Assembly: GCA_964016885.1 (NCBI GenBank)
Contig: OZ024743.1
Location: 41,044,001-41,108,000, forward strand
Direction: 5' to 3'
Source of the DNA: Eledone cirrhosa
Taxonomy: Eukaryota
DNA: 64,000 nucleotides
Positions 17,138 to 32,379 of this stretch are shown in pieces. The notes beneath the pieces are model-generated. The model saw only the letters and a list, made by a program, of their open reading frames with translations, was not told where the DNA came from and did not search any database. A program made the position numbers and the translations under genes. Numbering within the stretch: the stretch's first letter is position 1; the number at the start of each line of letters is the position of its first letter.

Positions 17138-18220
17138 TATATATACATATATATATGAATTTAAATTTTCACATTAAATGTATGACGAATATGTTTCTCA
17201 ACAGAAAATTCCAGGGCATCCATGATTCAAATTAAAAGACATTTGTATATATAACAAGACACATATCATTAGGAAACATATATATATATATATATATATA
17301 TATCAAATCCGCAACAACGCAGCATGCCATTTTTCAACCCTATAATGTTTCCCTTCGCTGTGACCTGTCACTTTCTCTTCCCTTACTGTTATCCTCTTTC
17401 TCTCTCCCCCTTCTCTCTCCTTCTACCTCTTACTTTCGTTCACCCCTCTGCTAGTCATCCTCTCTCGGCTAGCCACTTCCTCACACTTTCTCTCACTCAC
17501 TCTCTGCTACTCACCCTCTCACACTTCCAACCGCCTGACCCTTGTGAAATTCCTCTCTCGTTCGCATTTCGCATGGCTTGGATAAGTCTTTCGTCTTCTC
17601 GTCAATGATTTGCCAGATCTTACGTTCACTTGTATCACTGACTTGATTTCTCAATTTCCCTCTTTACGTTGCCTTAGCATTCTTGTTGTTTACATGTCTC
17701 TCGTTCTCCACCCAATTCTTTTTATCCCAATAATTTTATTTAGTTATTACCTCGCGCTGGCCTGAGCTATATGATCTTTAATGCGAAGAAATAACTATGA
17801 TGGCCAGAAGATCACTGATGATGGAAAGTCCTGGCTTCTTACTCTATTTTTCAATTCATATGCATCACAACCGCAACAAGGCAGCACGCCAGTCTTCATC
17901 CCTATATATAAATATATATATATATATATTCTTAGCATATATTCGTAGCATATGTTAGTAAATATTCTCAGGGTTGCGGTAACACTGTCTGTGGAATAGA
18001 TTGTATTGGCAGTGTCCTTATTAATCTGAGTGCAGTACAATTTTAGAAAATCCATTCAAGGAAAAATAGAAAAAACTTCCCGGAAAATACTGAATTACCC
18101 ACTGACAAAACAGATGGAAATCACGTACAAACTTATGTAGAAATATGTTTTTTGGATTCGCTGTACATGGTCCTTTGTGTGTGGGTATATATATTTATAT
18201 ATATATATATATACATATAT

Positions 18221-18261
<41 letters not shown>

Positions 18262-18303
18262 CACATATATATATATATACACATATATATATATAAATAT
18301 GTC

Positions 18304-18401
<98 letters not shown>

Positions 18402-18434
18402 CGTATTTATATACGTATATATACATATATATAT

Positions 18435-18725
18435 ATTGTTATACTTTGGGTCATGTTGCCAATAGGAAACACACGCAGCAGTGCTTTCACTCCAATTTAT
18501 TATAATTTAATTTATAAATTAAAAAAAAAAATTTATAAATTTCCGGTTGGTTGGTTCGTTCCACAACCGTACGGTTGTTCATATATTGCCAAAGTTCTTT
18601 CATCACACATTCTGTGATCTCATCAGTGACCGGGGACTCTTTTTTTGTTTTGTGCCTCTCCTTTGTTTTGTCCTACGCCATCTTGATTTTGTGTGTGCTG
18701 TGTGCTTATTTTGCGCATGTTTATG
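18435..18725 (-). mobile_element. Family D HHR module
   Basis: Minus strand reads gtca-CTGATGA-gatcaca..tgtgat-GAAA-gaac-TT|tggc. Confidence 0.75.
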
Positions 18726-18774
18726 TATGTATATATATATATGTATATGTATATATGTTTATATATATATGTGT

Positions 18775-18863
<89 letters not shown>

Positions 18864-19171
18864 CATTTATAGAAATAATAATAAAATTGAAGACTAAAAT
18901 CCAAAGGAAAATATATATCAAATATATAAGAACCGTAGGGCAAATATTTATTAAAATAACAGATTAAAGTTTAAGCAGAGAATCTCTGATTTCACCCTTA
19001 ACGGAATTTTCTGCAACTAACAAAGTCAATCTGTAAACGCAGAACTGGATATTTCAAAAAACGTTGCAAGCGGAGGAAGACGGGAAGACGATACTTTGGT
19101 TCGTGGAAACGTTCGCTGGCAACGAATGGGAAAACACGAATAATACGTCATTAATAGGAGCGGTGAAAATA

Positions 19172-19255
<84 letters not shown>

Positions 19256-19383
19256 TTTATGTATATATATATATATGTGCATATATATATTTGTATATAT
19301 ATATATATATGTGCATATATATATTTGTATATATATATATGTGTATATATATATATATGTGTATATATATATATGTATATATG

Positions 19384-19416
<33 letters not shown>

Positions 19417-19437
19417 GTATATATACATAAATATATG

Positions 19438-19483
<46 letters not shown>

Positions 19484-19642
19484 CACATATATATATACAC
19501 ATATATATATATATACAAATATATATATGCACATATATATATATACATATATATATATATGTATACATATATATATATATATGTAAATATATATATATAT
19601 ATATATATGTGTATATATATATACATATATATATATGTATAC

Positions 19643-19781
<139 letters not shown>

Positions 19782-19798
19782 CATATATATATATGCAC

Positions 19799-19896
<98 letters not shown>

Positions 19897-20112
19897 GTAT
19901 ATATATATGTATATGTATATATATATGTATACATATATATATATGTATAAATATATGTATATATATATATATAAGGATTAGAATACTGGTGCGTGTTGGA
20001 GTTAAACACCCTCTTCGTATTATAGAAATGACAGTAAAATGTATAGCTCAATGCAGTTAAACGGAGCCAAAAAATTAAGAGAGTAAAACAAAGAATCCTT
20101 TAATACATCAAA

Positions 20113-20168
20113 AGTTTTTATTAGCCGACAATGTTTCGTCCTATTAAGGACTCATCAGGGCAATCAAA
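20113..20168 (-). ncRNA. Hammerhead ribozyme in the inverted arm
   Basis: Identical reverse complement of the HHR at 26383-26428. Confidence 0.85.
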
Positions 20169-20504
20169 ACAACAAGAAGTAATATCGGCAGATACAAGCC
20201 GGAAGCTCCGAAGAATATGGAGTGTACATACACTAAAGTCTTGCAAAAATATATGATAATAAAAATAAAAATAAAAATAATAAAAATATATAATAAGAAT
20301 AACTAAGGATGTATATAACATTAAGAACCATATTACAAATATAGTCCAAAGCAACTAACCTAAATCTGAATAAATTTGGTTATATAGAGCAGGAATTATA
20401 TATAACACAATGTAATATAACATAATACATTATAATAATATACCTTTACCGACACTAAAATTACAATTAAAAATCAAAAGGTACAATATATACATGTATA
20501 TATG

Positions 20505-20562
<58 letters not shown>

Positions 20563-21798
20563 ACAATACGCACATCTATGTTCAACTACACAAATTAAGC
20601 CTTATTAGAAGTTTGAATATAAAAATAAGCATGATAAGAGTGAAAATAATACCAATACATCTACCCAATATACATGAGGCAATAATATGATATAATTACA
20701 AGAGACACATATAATAAATAATAAACAATAAAATTATATAATTCAATATAATATAATAGATAATCCCCGGTTAATTTACAGAAACAATATAGATGTCACA
20801 ATAAAATACAATGATAATATGTTAACAGTGTACTAACATTTACAATAAACAATATATACAAATCTTTTCATACTGGGTTACAGAGTAAATGAGGAAAAAT
20901 AAATTATATAATACTCAAAAAAGCACTATAATGGTACAGGAAAAATGATGATGGTACAGAAAAAAATATACAGACATCTTACATGATATGTAAAGTCTAA
21001 ATATCATAATGTTACATATAATGAACAGTGAGTAATAAGGATCAATATTACAATATTACAAAAATACAGACATCTTACATGATATATAAAGTTTAAATAT
21101 CATAATGTTACATATAATGAACAGTAAGTAATAAGGATCAATATTACAATACAATATAATATAATATATTATAAATTGACATAAAATAATATATAGATAC
21201 TTATAATTACAAGGTTAGTAGACAGACATATGTGGATGTGTAAGTAAAGCCAGACAGTGAATAGTAGATAGAATATAGAATAAAATAAATAAATATAATC
21301 AACCGGAAATTACAAAACAAAAGCAAATATATACACACTTAGGCCTCACATGCGGTTAAGAAGTTAGGTAAACACTAAGGAAAACAATCATTTTAATTGA
21401 CTCAAAACCCTATTTGATAAATTAATATTAAAAATATCAAAACTATCAAATATGGTAGTATAATTAGCTGTAGTTTAAGTCATTAAAGTTTATAAACTTT
21501 AATGTTTCGTTACAAATGTTTACAAAAAGGAATGAAATGTTTTACTATCATATACGTAACGATATCTAAAAAACTGACTTAAGTAGAATTAAGGTAGGCT
21601 AATGGGGACAGAATTGATGAAATATATGGAGGGTGAGAAGGGGCATAAAATATAGTCGATATACTATAATAAATAATAGAACGGAGCTTAAAAGAGGGGG
21701 GGGGGGGTTAAATATAATTATAGTAACTGCTCCCGACCGGTTGAGCTTACTCACATATATACTGGTATTTTGGCCTTTATATATATTTATCTGACAGT

Positions 21799-24496
21799 AT
21801 GCTAACAAAGAGTTACCTGCCTTTATCTCTGAAGAATATTCCCACCCCCTCTAAGAATACTTACCAAAAACTACTGATAGCTAGTGTTAACTCCTTTGTA
21901 AAAATGATTAGATGGCGTGCTTTCCACTACGATAATAATAAGAATAGGAAGGACCCCAGGAATAGAACAAATTTTAATAACTATGGCTTCAAAACTTATA
22001 AGAGCCCACCACACAATATACTATTAGATAGTTTTGAAAGTGACTTACTCTCTCTGGTCAAAAATGTTAGGTTTAGGCCAAATAATAGACATAGAAATTA
22101 TAATAACTTTGATAAGTTCCAGTCCAGACTTAAAAATATTGTTAAGGGTTTCGGTGAGAATAAGTCCATTCTTGTCCCGGCAGATAAGACTAAGAATCTA
22201 TACTCCATAGACTATAGTACATACCGCGATTTTATTTATAAAGAGTTATATAGAAACTATAAAAAAACTACGCTTGAGAATTTGAACCACATCAATAGTG
22301 AGGGCCTTAGAATAGTCTCTGACCTCGGACTCGATAAGTATACCCAGCCATATTACCCTCGAGAACCGAGATTCACACTTAAGGATCATAAGGTTGATTG
22401 TATTAGTAACCCCTCAGTTAGACTTATCTGTCCTTCTAAGTCGGATATAGCCATTATCAGTAAAAAATCCTTGACCTTATTATACCAGATGTTAGGGATA
22501 AGGTTAATTTTAACCTATGGGGGAACACTAGGGAAGTTATAGATTGGTTCTCTGGGATTAATAGACTTGAATCTAATAAGTTTATCCAATTCGATATTGA
22601 TGCCTACTACACATCAATTTCACCCATCCTCCTCAATAAAGCCTTAATGTTGGCCATGAGAGTGTCCAGCCTTACACGATCGCAGGTAGATATTATACTA
22701 GCAGCCCGTAAAACTATTATTAAATTTGAGGACACATTTTGGACCCGTAAAAACACGCCCAATAATTTCGACGTTACAATGGGTTCGAGTGAATCGGCCC
22801 AGGTTACTGATCTTGTTGGGTTGTTCCTCCTTAATGAACTATACGCTACCTTCCCGCACCTTATAGGCGGACTATATCGTGATGATGCATTGTTTGTAAT
22901 TAACTCTAGCACCAACAATGTAGAACATAATAAGAAGAAGCTTTATAAGTTTTTTAAAAGCTACAACCTTTCGATCACGATAGATAGAAATGATAGAGCG
23001 GTTAACTTTTTAGATGTGACTTTGGACTTGGTCACTAATAGTTTTAAACCCTTCCATAAGCCTAATGAAATTCTTTCTTATGTTAGCCCCAACTCTAACC
23101 ACCCTAAGTCTATGATAAACTGTATAATTAAGGGCGTATCTAATAGGATTTCCACACTCTCTAAGGACATAGGAACATGTAATGAACATGCGGAGTACTA
23201 CAATAATGCCCTAGCAAATTCAGGTCACTCTAGTAAAATAAATTATAATAATAGTAACCTTAGAAAGTCTCCGCTTACTCTTAATAATAATAACATTATA
23301 TCACATAACATGGCCATGAATGGGAGTAGCAAATATAGTAACCGTAGAAATTATATAGATGTATCTGAACCAACCCATAAGTTAACCCACCGGACTCGTA
23401 ATAGCAAATATAATACCTCTAGGAGACAAGTTGAACCCCCTGTGCGCTCACGCATTGGTGTTGGTTTTGCTGGATCTTATTCTAATAATGTTGCTCCTAC
23501 TGATCCTATCATTGGCCCTAATCCTCTTGAAGGAATTCCGGACAGCAGCAGATCTACTGGAGGTAGAAACTATAATAGACATAACGAAATTATGGCTGAT
23601 TCTATGAATGTGGCTTCAACTAATCCTGATACTAACCCTAGTCTCGACGGTGGGACATTTGATAAAGGTAGGGTCGGTAAGAATAAAAATAAAAATAGAA
23701 GGCGATTAAATACTTATTTCAACCCGCCATATAATCAGGATGTATCAACTAATATCCCTAGGCCTTTCTTCACTATCTTAGAGAAAAATTGCCCCCCCCC
23801 CCTTCTCATAAATACCATGGTATTTTTAATAAAAATGTTATTAAACTCTCATTCTCTACCACCCCTAATATTAGTTCTCATTTAGCTAGCACTAATAATA
23901 GGAACATTAGGGATGGATTCTCCTCTCTACATACTACTAGTCTGAACGGATCTGACAATGTTTTACCACCAGAACAGTCCTTATCTAATAGAGGTCCGAC
24001 GTGTAATACATCACCACTCGAGCCAACCAATAACACCCGGAAGTGCAATTGTAGAGTGAGTGCTAACTGCCCTCTAAACGGTAACTGCCTTTCTAAGAAC
24101 ATTGTCTACGCTTGCGAAGTTATAACTAATTCCTCTAATAGAACTTATATAGGATCTACTTCAAACACTTTTAAGACTAGGTTTAACTCTCATATCTCTA
24201 ACTTCAAACATGTTAGGTTTAAGAATTCTACTTCTTTAGCGCATTATATCTGGGATCTTAAGGGAGCTTATATACCATATAGCCTTAACTGGCGTTTAGT
24301 AGCACGCTCTAACCACCTTTCTACACATAGTAAGTTTTGTAATCTCTGTATACTTGAGACACGCTCTATAATTTTCTCTAGCGTATCCTTACTTAATAGA
24401 AAGTCTGAGATATACTCTTCTTGCCCCCACGCCATTTCTAATTCTTATTTTTATTATAAACCCAAACGTTCTAGTAGTACAATTTGTACCCATTAG
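21799..24496 (+). CDS. PLE polyprotein (reverse transcriptase plus GIY-YIG endonuclease), interrupted by two homopolymer frameshifts
   Basis: N-terminal SLKNIP..IRWRAF..NYGFKT..ADKT; RT motifs QFDIDAYYTSI, MGS and YRDD; FLDVTLDL; FNPPY; CNCR..CPLNGNC; VY..YIGST..FKTR..H; CNLC..E..LLNRKSE. Shifts at A6 (22462-22467) and C11 (23792-23802). Confidence 0.9.
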
Positions 24497-26382
24497 CAGA
24501 TATATTCCATTACTTAGTTTTTAGTTTAGGTTCTTTTGTTTGCCAACATTATTGTTATCATCATTATTACCATTGGTTTTTGATGACTCTTCATTCTAGC
24601 TCTCATAATCATTTGGCTACTGTACCATATCTATGTTTTCACTATTACACCTTGTTAATATATATAAGATTACACACTTTACGCCACTTATGTTATTCTA
24701 TTATTATCTTTATTTTTATTTTTATTTTTATTATTAATTTTATTTTTAATTCTATTTTTATTTTTAATTTTATTCAGATTCATCTTTGGATAACCCCCCC
24801 CCCCCTTCCCCCCATGCGCACATAAACTTATTGTCAACCCCTCGAGATTGACTATGATTATATTTAACCCCCCCCTCTTTTATGCTCCGTTCTATTATTT
24901 ATTATAGTATATCGACTATATTTTATGCCCCTTCGCACCCTCCATATATTTCATCAATTCTGTCCCCATTAGCCTACCTTAATTCTACTTAAGTCAGTTA
25001 TTTAGATATCGTTACGTATATGATAGTAAAACATTTCATTCCTTTTTGTAAACATTTGTAACGAAACATTAAAGTTTATAAACTTTAATGACTTAAACTA
25101 CAGCTAATATTATACTACCATATTGGATGGTTTTGATATATTTAATATTAATTTATCAAATAGGGTTTTGAGTCAATTAAAATGATTGTTTTCCTTAGTG
25201 TTTACCTAACTTCTTAACCGCATGTGAGGCCTAAGTGTGTATATATTTGCTTTTGTTTTGTAATTTCCGGTTGATTATATTTATTTATTTTATTCTATAT
25301 TCTATTTACTATTCACTGTCTGGCTTTACTTACACATCCACATATGTCTGTCTACTAACCTTGTAATTATAAGTATCTATATATTATTTTATGTCAATTT
25401 ATAATATATTATATTATATTGTATTGTAATATTGATCCTTATTACTTACTGTTCATTATATGTAACATTATGATATTTAAACTTTATATATCATGTAAGA
25501 TGTCTGTATTTTTGTGATATTGTAATATTGTTCCTTATTACTCACTGTTCATTATATGTAACATTATGATATTTAGACTTTACATATCATGTAAGATGTC
25601 TGTATATTTTTTTCTGTACCATCATCATTTTTCCTGTACCATTATAGTGCTTTTTTGAGTATTATATAATTTATTTTTCCTCATTTACTCTGTAATCCAG
25701 TATGAATAGATTTGTATATATTGTTTATTGTAAATGTTAGTACACTGTTAACATATTATCATTGTATTTTATTGTGACATCTATATTGTTTCTGTAAATT
25801 AACCGGGGATTATCTATTATATTATATTGAATTATATAATTTTATTGTTTATTATTTATTATATGTGTCTCTTGTAATTATATCATATTATTGCCTCATG
25901 TATATTGGGTAGATGTATTGGTATTATTTTCACTCTATCATGCTTATTTTTATATTCAAACTTCTAATAAGGCTTAATTTGTGTAGTTGAACATAGATCT
26001 GCGTATTGTTATATATGTGTGTGTGTGTGTGTGTGTGCGCGCACATATATACATGTATATATTGTACCTTTTGATTTTTAATTGTAATTTTAGTGTTGGT
26101 AAAGGTATATTATTATAATGTATTATGTTATATTACATTGTGTTATATATAATTCCTGCTCTATATAACCAAATTTGTTTAGATTTAGGTTAGTTGCTTT
26201 GGACTATATTTGTAATATGGTTCTTAATGTTATATACATCCTTAGTTATTCTTATTATATATTTTTATTATTTTTATTTTTATTTTTATTATCATATATT
26301 TTTGCAAGACTTTAGTGTATGTACACTCCATATTCTTCGGAGCTTCCGGCTTGTATCTGCCGATATTACTTCTTGTTGTTTT

Positions 26383-26428
26383 GATTGCCCTGATGAGTCC
26401 TTAATAGGACGAAACATTGTCGGCTAAT
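26383..26428 (+). ncRNA. Minimal type I hammerhead ribozyme in the PLE 3' region
   Basis: gcc-CTGATGA(26390)-gtcct taat aggac-GAAA(26411)-catt-GTC|ggc; fully canonical core, predicted cleavage after 26421. Confidence 0.88.
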
Positions 26429-26470
26429 AAAAACTTTTGATGTATTAAAGGATTCTTTGTTTTACTCTCT

Positions 26471-26575
<105 letters not shown>

Positions 26576-26592
26576 CTTATATATATATATTT

Positions 26593-27183
<591 letters not shown>

Positions 27184-27208
27184 TATATATATATAAATAT
27201 ATATATAT

Positions 27209-27335
<127 letters not shown>

Positions 27336-27340
27336 TGTAC

Positions 27341-27371
<31 letters not shown>

Positions 27372-27403
27372 CATATATATATTTAGATATCTACATATAG
27401 ATA

Positions 27404-27455
<52 letters not shown>

Positions 27456-27762
27456 GATATATACATATATATATATATATAGATATATAAATATATAAAT
27501 ATACATATATATATATACATATATATGTATACATATATATATATATATACATATATATGTATACATATATATATATATATACATATATATGTATACACAC
27601 ATATATATATACATATATATATGTATACACATATATATATATATATACATATATATGTATACATATATATATATATATACATATATATGTATAGATATAT
27701 ATATATATATATACATATATATGTATACATATATATATATATATATACACACATATATATGT

Positions 27763-27906
<144 letters not shown>

Positions 27907-27911
27907 ATATG

Positions 27912-27978
<67 letters not shown>

Positions 27979-28005
27979 GTATATATATATATATATGTAT
28001 GTATT

Positions 28006-28072
<67 letters not shown>

Positions 28073-28096
28073 GTAGATACATATATATATATATAG

Positions 28097-28157
<61 letters not shown>

Positions 28158-28176
28158 GATACATATATATATATAG

Positions 28177-28261
<85 letters not shown>

Positions 28262-28414
28262 CATATATACATATATACATATACATATATATATATACAT
28301 ATCCATATGTATATATATATATATATATATATACATATACATACATATATATAAATATATATATACATATATATATACATATACATACATATATATATAT
28401 ATACATATATATAT

Positions 28415-29248
28415 ATTGTTATACTTTGGGAGGCTCACGTTGCGAATAAGAAACACACGCACCACTTGCTTTCACTCCAATTTATTATAATAAATTTATA
28501 GTAAATTTATAAATTTATAAATTTCTGGTTGGTTGGTTGGTTCCACAACCAGATAGTTGTTTATATATAGTCATAATTCTTTCGTTACACACTCTGTAAC
28601 CTCTTTAGTGACTGGGGATTCCTTTCTTTGTTTCTGTGCCTCTCCTTTGTTCTGTCCTACGCCATTTTGTTTCTGTGTGTGTGTTGTGTGCTCAGTCTGC
28701 GCATGCACCACATCCGGGTGTCTGTGTGTGTCTATGTTCATTTATTTATTTGTTTATTTACATGTTTCTGGTTGGTTGTTTGTTCTATGTGTGTGTGTGT
28801 TTTCATTTTGTCCTTAATTGTAAGTTGTGATGTTGCTGTTCCACTCATATTATCTATTTAATTTTGGTTGTAATTCTTTTATGTTTATTGCCTCTGTAAT
28901 TTGTCTAAACATTGCGTCTTTTCTGTGTGTAGATTCTATTTTTATTTCTATGTTCTCTAATTTACCCTTGTGTTCTATTTTAGCATGTTGGTAGAGTACA
29001 GATGATTCTTTACTATCTTGAAGGTCTCGCCAGTGTTCATTTATCCGTTCCCCTACACTACGTGCTGTCTCACTTATGTACACTATATTTTTGTCTCTAC
29101 ATTGTCCTTCAGTACATCTTATGCTATACACTACATTTCTAGTTTTACAGTTAATATGAGGGCTTATTTTACAGGTTATACATTTCTTATCTATACATGA
29201 GGGTCTTCGGAAAGGGTATGTCTTGCTAATAAGTGTTTTTACGGAGGT
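28415..29248 (-). mobile_element. 5'-truncated PLE: GIY-YIG coding end, 3' UTR and family D HHR
   Basis: ORF fragment followed on the same strand by a degenerate family D HHR (about 28565-28615); bounded by TA tracts. Confidence 0.85.
28850..29248 (-). pseudogene. PLE GIY-YIG endonuclease C-terminal fragment
   Basis: [54 protein letters not shown]. Confidence 0.85.
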
Positions 29249-29266
29249 ACATATATATATATATAC

Positions 29267-29431
<165 letters not shown>

Positions 29432-29454
29432 CGTATATATTGATATATACATAC

Positions 29455-31090
29455 TGCTTTAGGCAGTCCCTTCTTTTACAGAACCCATGTTGGTTGAAGT
29501 TCAGCAGGCCGTTGCTTTAAAGAATGTGGGTTATACGTGATCTCACCACCCTATCAAATACCTTGATATTATAAGAGGTGAGTGAGATCGGACGGTAGTT
29601 CACTGAAAGGGAATTATTTCCCTTTTTGAAGACTGGGACAACGGACTGGGACAGAAGGTTTTCATGAATATAGCCAGTCTCCAATGAGTTCCTCCACAGA
29701 TTAGCAAGAGGAGATGTAAGTTGGTGTCGACACACCTTCAGGACACAAGTAGGGAACCTGTCAGGGCCTACTGCTGAATTATGTTTAATTTCATTTATTG
29801 CCGCTAAGACATCAGGTGCGCCAAACTTTATGTCTGATATAGCGTGTTGGGGATTAACATCACTGAAACGGCCCAGATCGGCCATATCAGGATTGCTGAA
29901 AACAGAACTGTATTGTTTCTGCAGTATCACGCACATGGTTTTGGCCTTGTCTCGGAATGTGCCATTTTCATCAACTAGAGGGCCAACGGTGACCTTGTGT
30001 TTTTTAGCAAATGAAAAGAACACTTTGGGGTTGAGTTTGATTTTCTCAATGGCCCACCTCTCTTCAGCTATTCTCTGGTTATTGATGATGGTTATCCTCC
30101 ATTGCTGGAGGTTATATTTTTTTTACTCAAGCAGGGCGATAGCCATCGAATGTGAGTGTTGCTGTTGGCAGTATTTTAGTGTGTTAATTTTTTTGTTTGT
30201 TCTTTTTATTTTTCTGATAATTGTTTTTCTGATTTGGGGGATACTGCACTTGGTTTTGATCACAGGTTTTGGTGGGGTGTGTTTTGTACTTATATTTGTG
30301 ACAGTGTCTACAAAGATCTGCCAAGATGTTTTGATGTTGGTGGAAATGTGTGCGTGTGTATAAGACCATTCTATATGTGATAGTTCATTCATAATTGCAT
30401 CCCAGTTGGCATTGTAGAGGTCCATGTTATCAAATGGATGGATGGAAAGAGGACCCTGGGATTAGCTTTCACCTGCTGGAAACTCCGGTTACAAAGAACC
30501 ATGTGATGGTCTGAGAGAAGGGTTTTTTCCACTGTAATATTATGTATAGTGTTAGTGTGGTTACTAGACACTAGATCCGGAATGTACTTCTGATGCCTTG
30601 TTGGTGCAAGGACAAGTTGGGACAGGAAAAAATCATTCATGAAGTCAAGAAGTGACTCGACAGCTTCTTTTTCAGTGGTTGAGGTTGTGGTGCCTGATTT
30701 TAAACTACATGTAGACCAATCGACACAGGGTATATTAAAGTCTCCCATCAAAAGTATGTTGCTAGAATGGTACTGTTTAATAAAGTATTTAATACTTTTG
30801 GGGAATTTTTTGAAGCAGATTATGGCTGTTTGTGGTGGCCTATAGAGCCCAACTAATGTCAGGTCATTGGCTGTATTGTGCACAGTGACTGATTCACAGT
30901 ATCCATTAGAGAATGTTGGGTTGCCATCTGCCGTAAAGGAATCATGCAGGAAAATGGCAGTTCCACCCATCCTTCTGCCAACACGATCTACACGGATGGT
31001 TGTGAAATTTCTCACTCTTACTTCGCCCTCCAAGTGGGAGTTTTCAAGGTGGGTCTCAGTAAGAATGAAGAAGGGCATGTGGAATTGATG
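29455..31090 (-). pseudogene. CR1-clade LINE ORF2 remnant (APE endonuclease plus RT N-terminus), frameshifted and truncated at a TA tract
   Basis: LTETHL, DR..GG, YRPP, GDFN.P.VDW, PTR, SDH; then ANW, GPD, VPVFKKG..NYRPISLTS, NQHGF. Confidence 0.88.
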
Positions 31091-31297
31091 GTTACCAGCA
31101 CAATCCTCAATGAATTGGATCTTCGATTTCTGTGCTTTGATGTAAATTGTGTATTGAATAAAAATGTGGAAGCTAGTGTGGTGGCTGGTTTTGACTGTTG
31201 CAGGGGACTTGTTTTGAGATTGTGTGTTAGTGACAGCAAGGATGGTGTTGGGTGATGGCTAAAATGTTTTTCTCAATCTCTTTTGCCAGGTCCATGG

Positions 31298-32094
31298 CTA
31301 AAAAAGAAACATTTTCTTGTTCAGGGAGCAGTTTTTGATTGGATTTGTGATTACAGGTTTACAGTTCCCTCTTTTGTTGTTGTATTTGTTGTAATTGTGT
31401 CTTTGTGAAAAGACTGGACCAGCATTACTCTTGTTGTGTTCTTTTGTTTTAATCATGTCTTTGGGAGGAGACTGGAGCAGCATTACTGCAGCAGTGGGTG
31501 GCTTTATTGTGGTTTGTGTGTTGGCATGGAGCTCATTTCTGTTCGTGCGTTGTGTCCCAGGAAGGTGAGTGAAGGGACAGTCAGTCAGCAGACTTAGCCT
31601 CTCACTTTGGGAATGTTTGCAGATTTTGGGACTGCGACCTATGCGTGCGGGCAGCGTGTTTTGGTGTTGGCTGGCAGTGTTAGTGCGCCTAGTACCCGGC
31701 AAATGGGTAAATATACATTCGCTAGGTGTGCATAGCCTCTGACGTAGTGAGTAGCGGCATATTTTGTGGTTTCTAGTATGAGTAGTGGGGGGTGCATACA
31801 TTTCCATAGATTTTTTAAAAAGTTCTTTTGAGTATGACATGGCTGTGGTGGTGATGTGGGGGAAGAAAGCTGTAATGGTGACGATGCTGATGATGCTGAT
31901 GATGATGACAACTGTGGTCGGTGAGAGAGCAGTGGTCCATTACCAGCAGTTGATGTGGCAGAAGATGGTGACGGTGGTGATGGTGATGGCGATAATGATG
32001 GCTGAGTGAGTGGTTGATGGATACTGTCATTCAGTAATTCAGCTATATTCAACCGATTACTTTCAAATTCGAACTTCGGCTCCCCCTCACACAT
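31298..32094 (-). pseudogene. Probable ORF1 remnant of the LINE with two CCCH-like repeats
   Basis: ICRYSLRQRLCTPSECIFTHLPGTRRTN and ICKHSQSERLSLLTDCPFTHLPGTQRTN, upstream of ORF2 on the same strand. Confidence 0.55.
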
Positions 32095-32379
32095 AAATCA
32101 AATTATTTGGTTCAACTTTTATACAACGGTAGAACCTATCATTGCACATCTTATAGTAGCTTTACACTTCGCATTTTTTGTTCAGGCACGGCCTGGCAGC
32201 CATTTAACTCTTCAAAATACGATTTTTTCCACCTCCCACATATTCCATACGATTTCACTCAACATTTCGCCATTTGCTACACCTTACGACCGATTTTCAA
32301 GAAACTCGCAGTCGCTATGATCAGCACCTTTTCATCAAAGCAGATATTATTTTACCTACCCAGACAACGTTGGGCTGCT

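Larger units (their letters stand above)
19975..26470 (+). mobile_element. Penelope-like retroelement with inverted 5' copy of its 3' region, inserted in (TA)n
   Basis: RT plus GIY-YIG ORF; about 20078-21724 is the reverse complement of about 24851-26470; HHR in both arms; TA tracts on both sides. Confidence 0.92.

Noticed and set aside
19060-19125. gttgc..GAAAcgttcg..gcaac as an HHR
   Set aside because: No CUGANGA half-core
22455-23805. Programmed -1 frameshifting in the PLE ORF
   Set aside because: The A-run is not an in-frame X XXY YYZ site, and PLEs normally have a single ORF; homopolymer indels are the simpler explanation
20121-26427. Identical 77-aa ORFs on opposite strands (20121-20354 and 26194-26427)
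   Set aside because: Consequence of the inverted arms; low-complexity sequence overlapping the HHR
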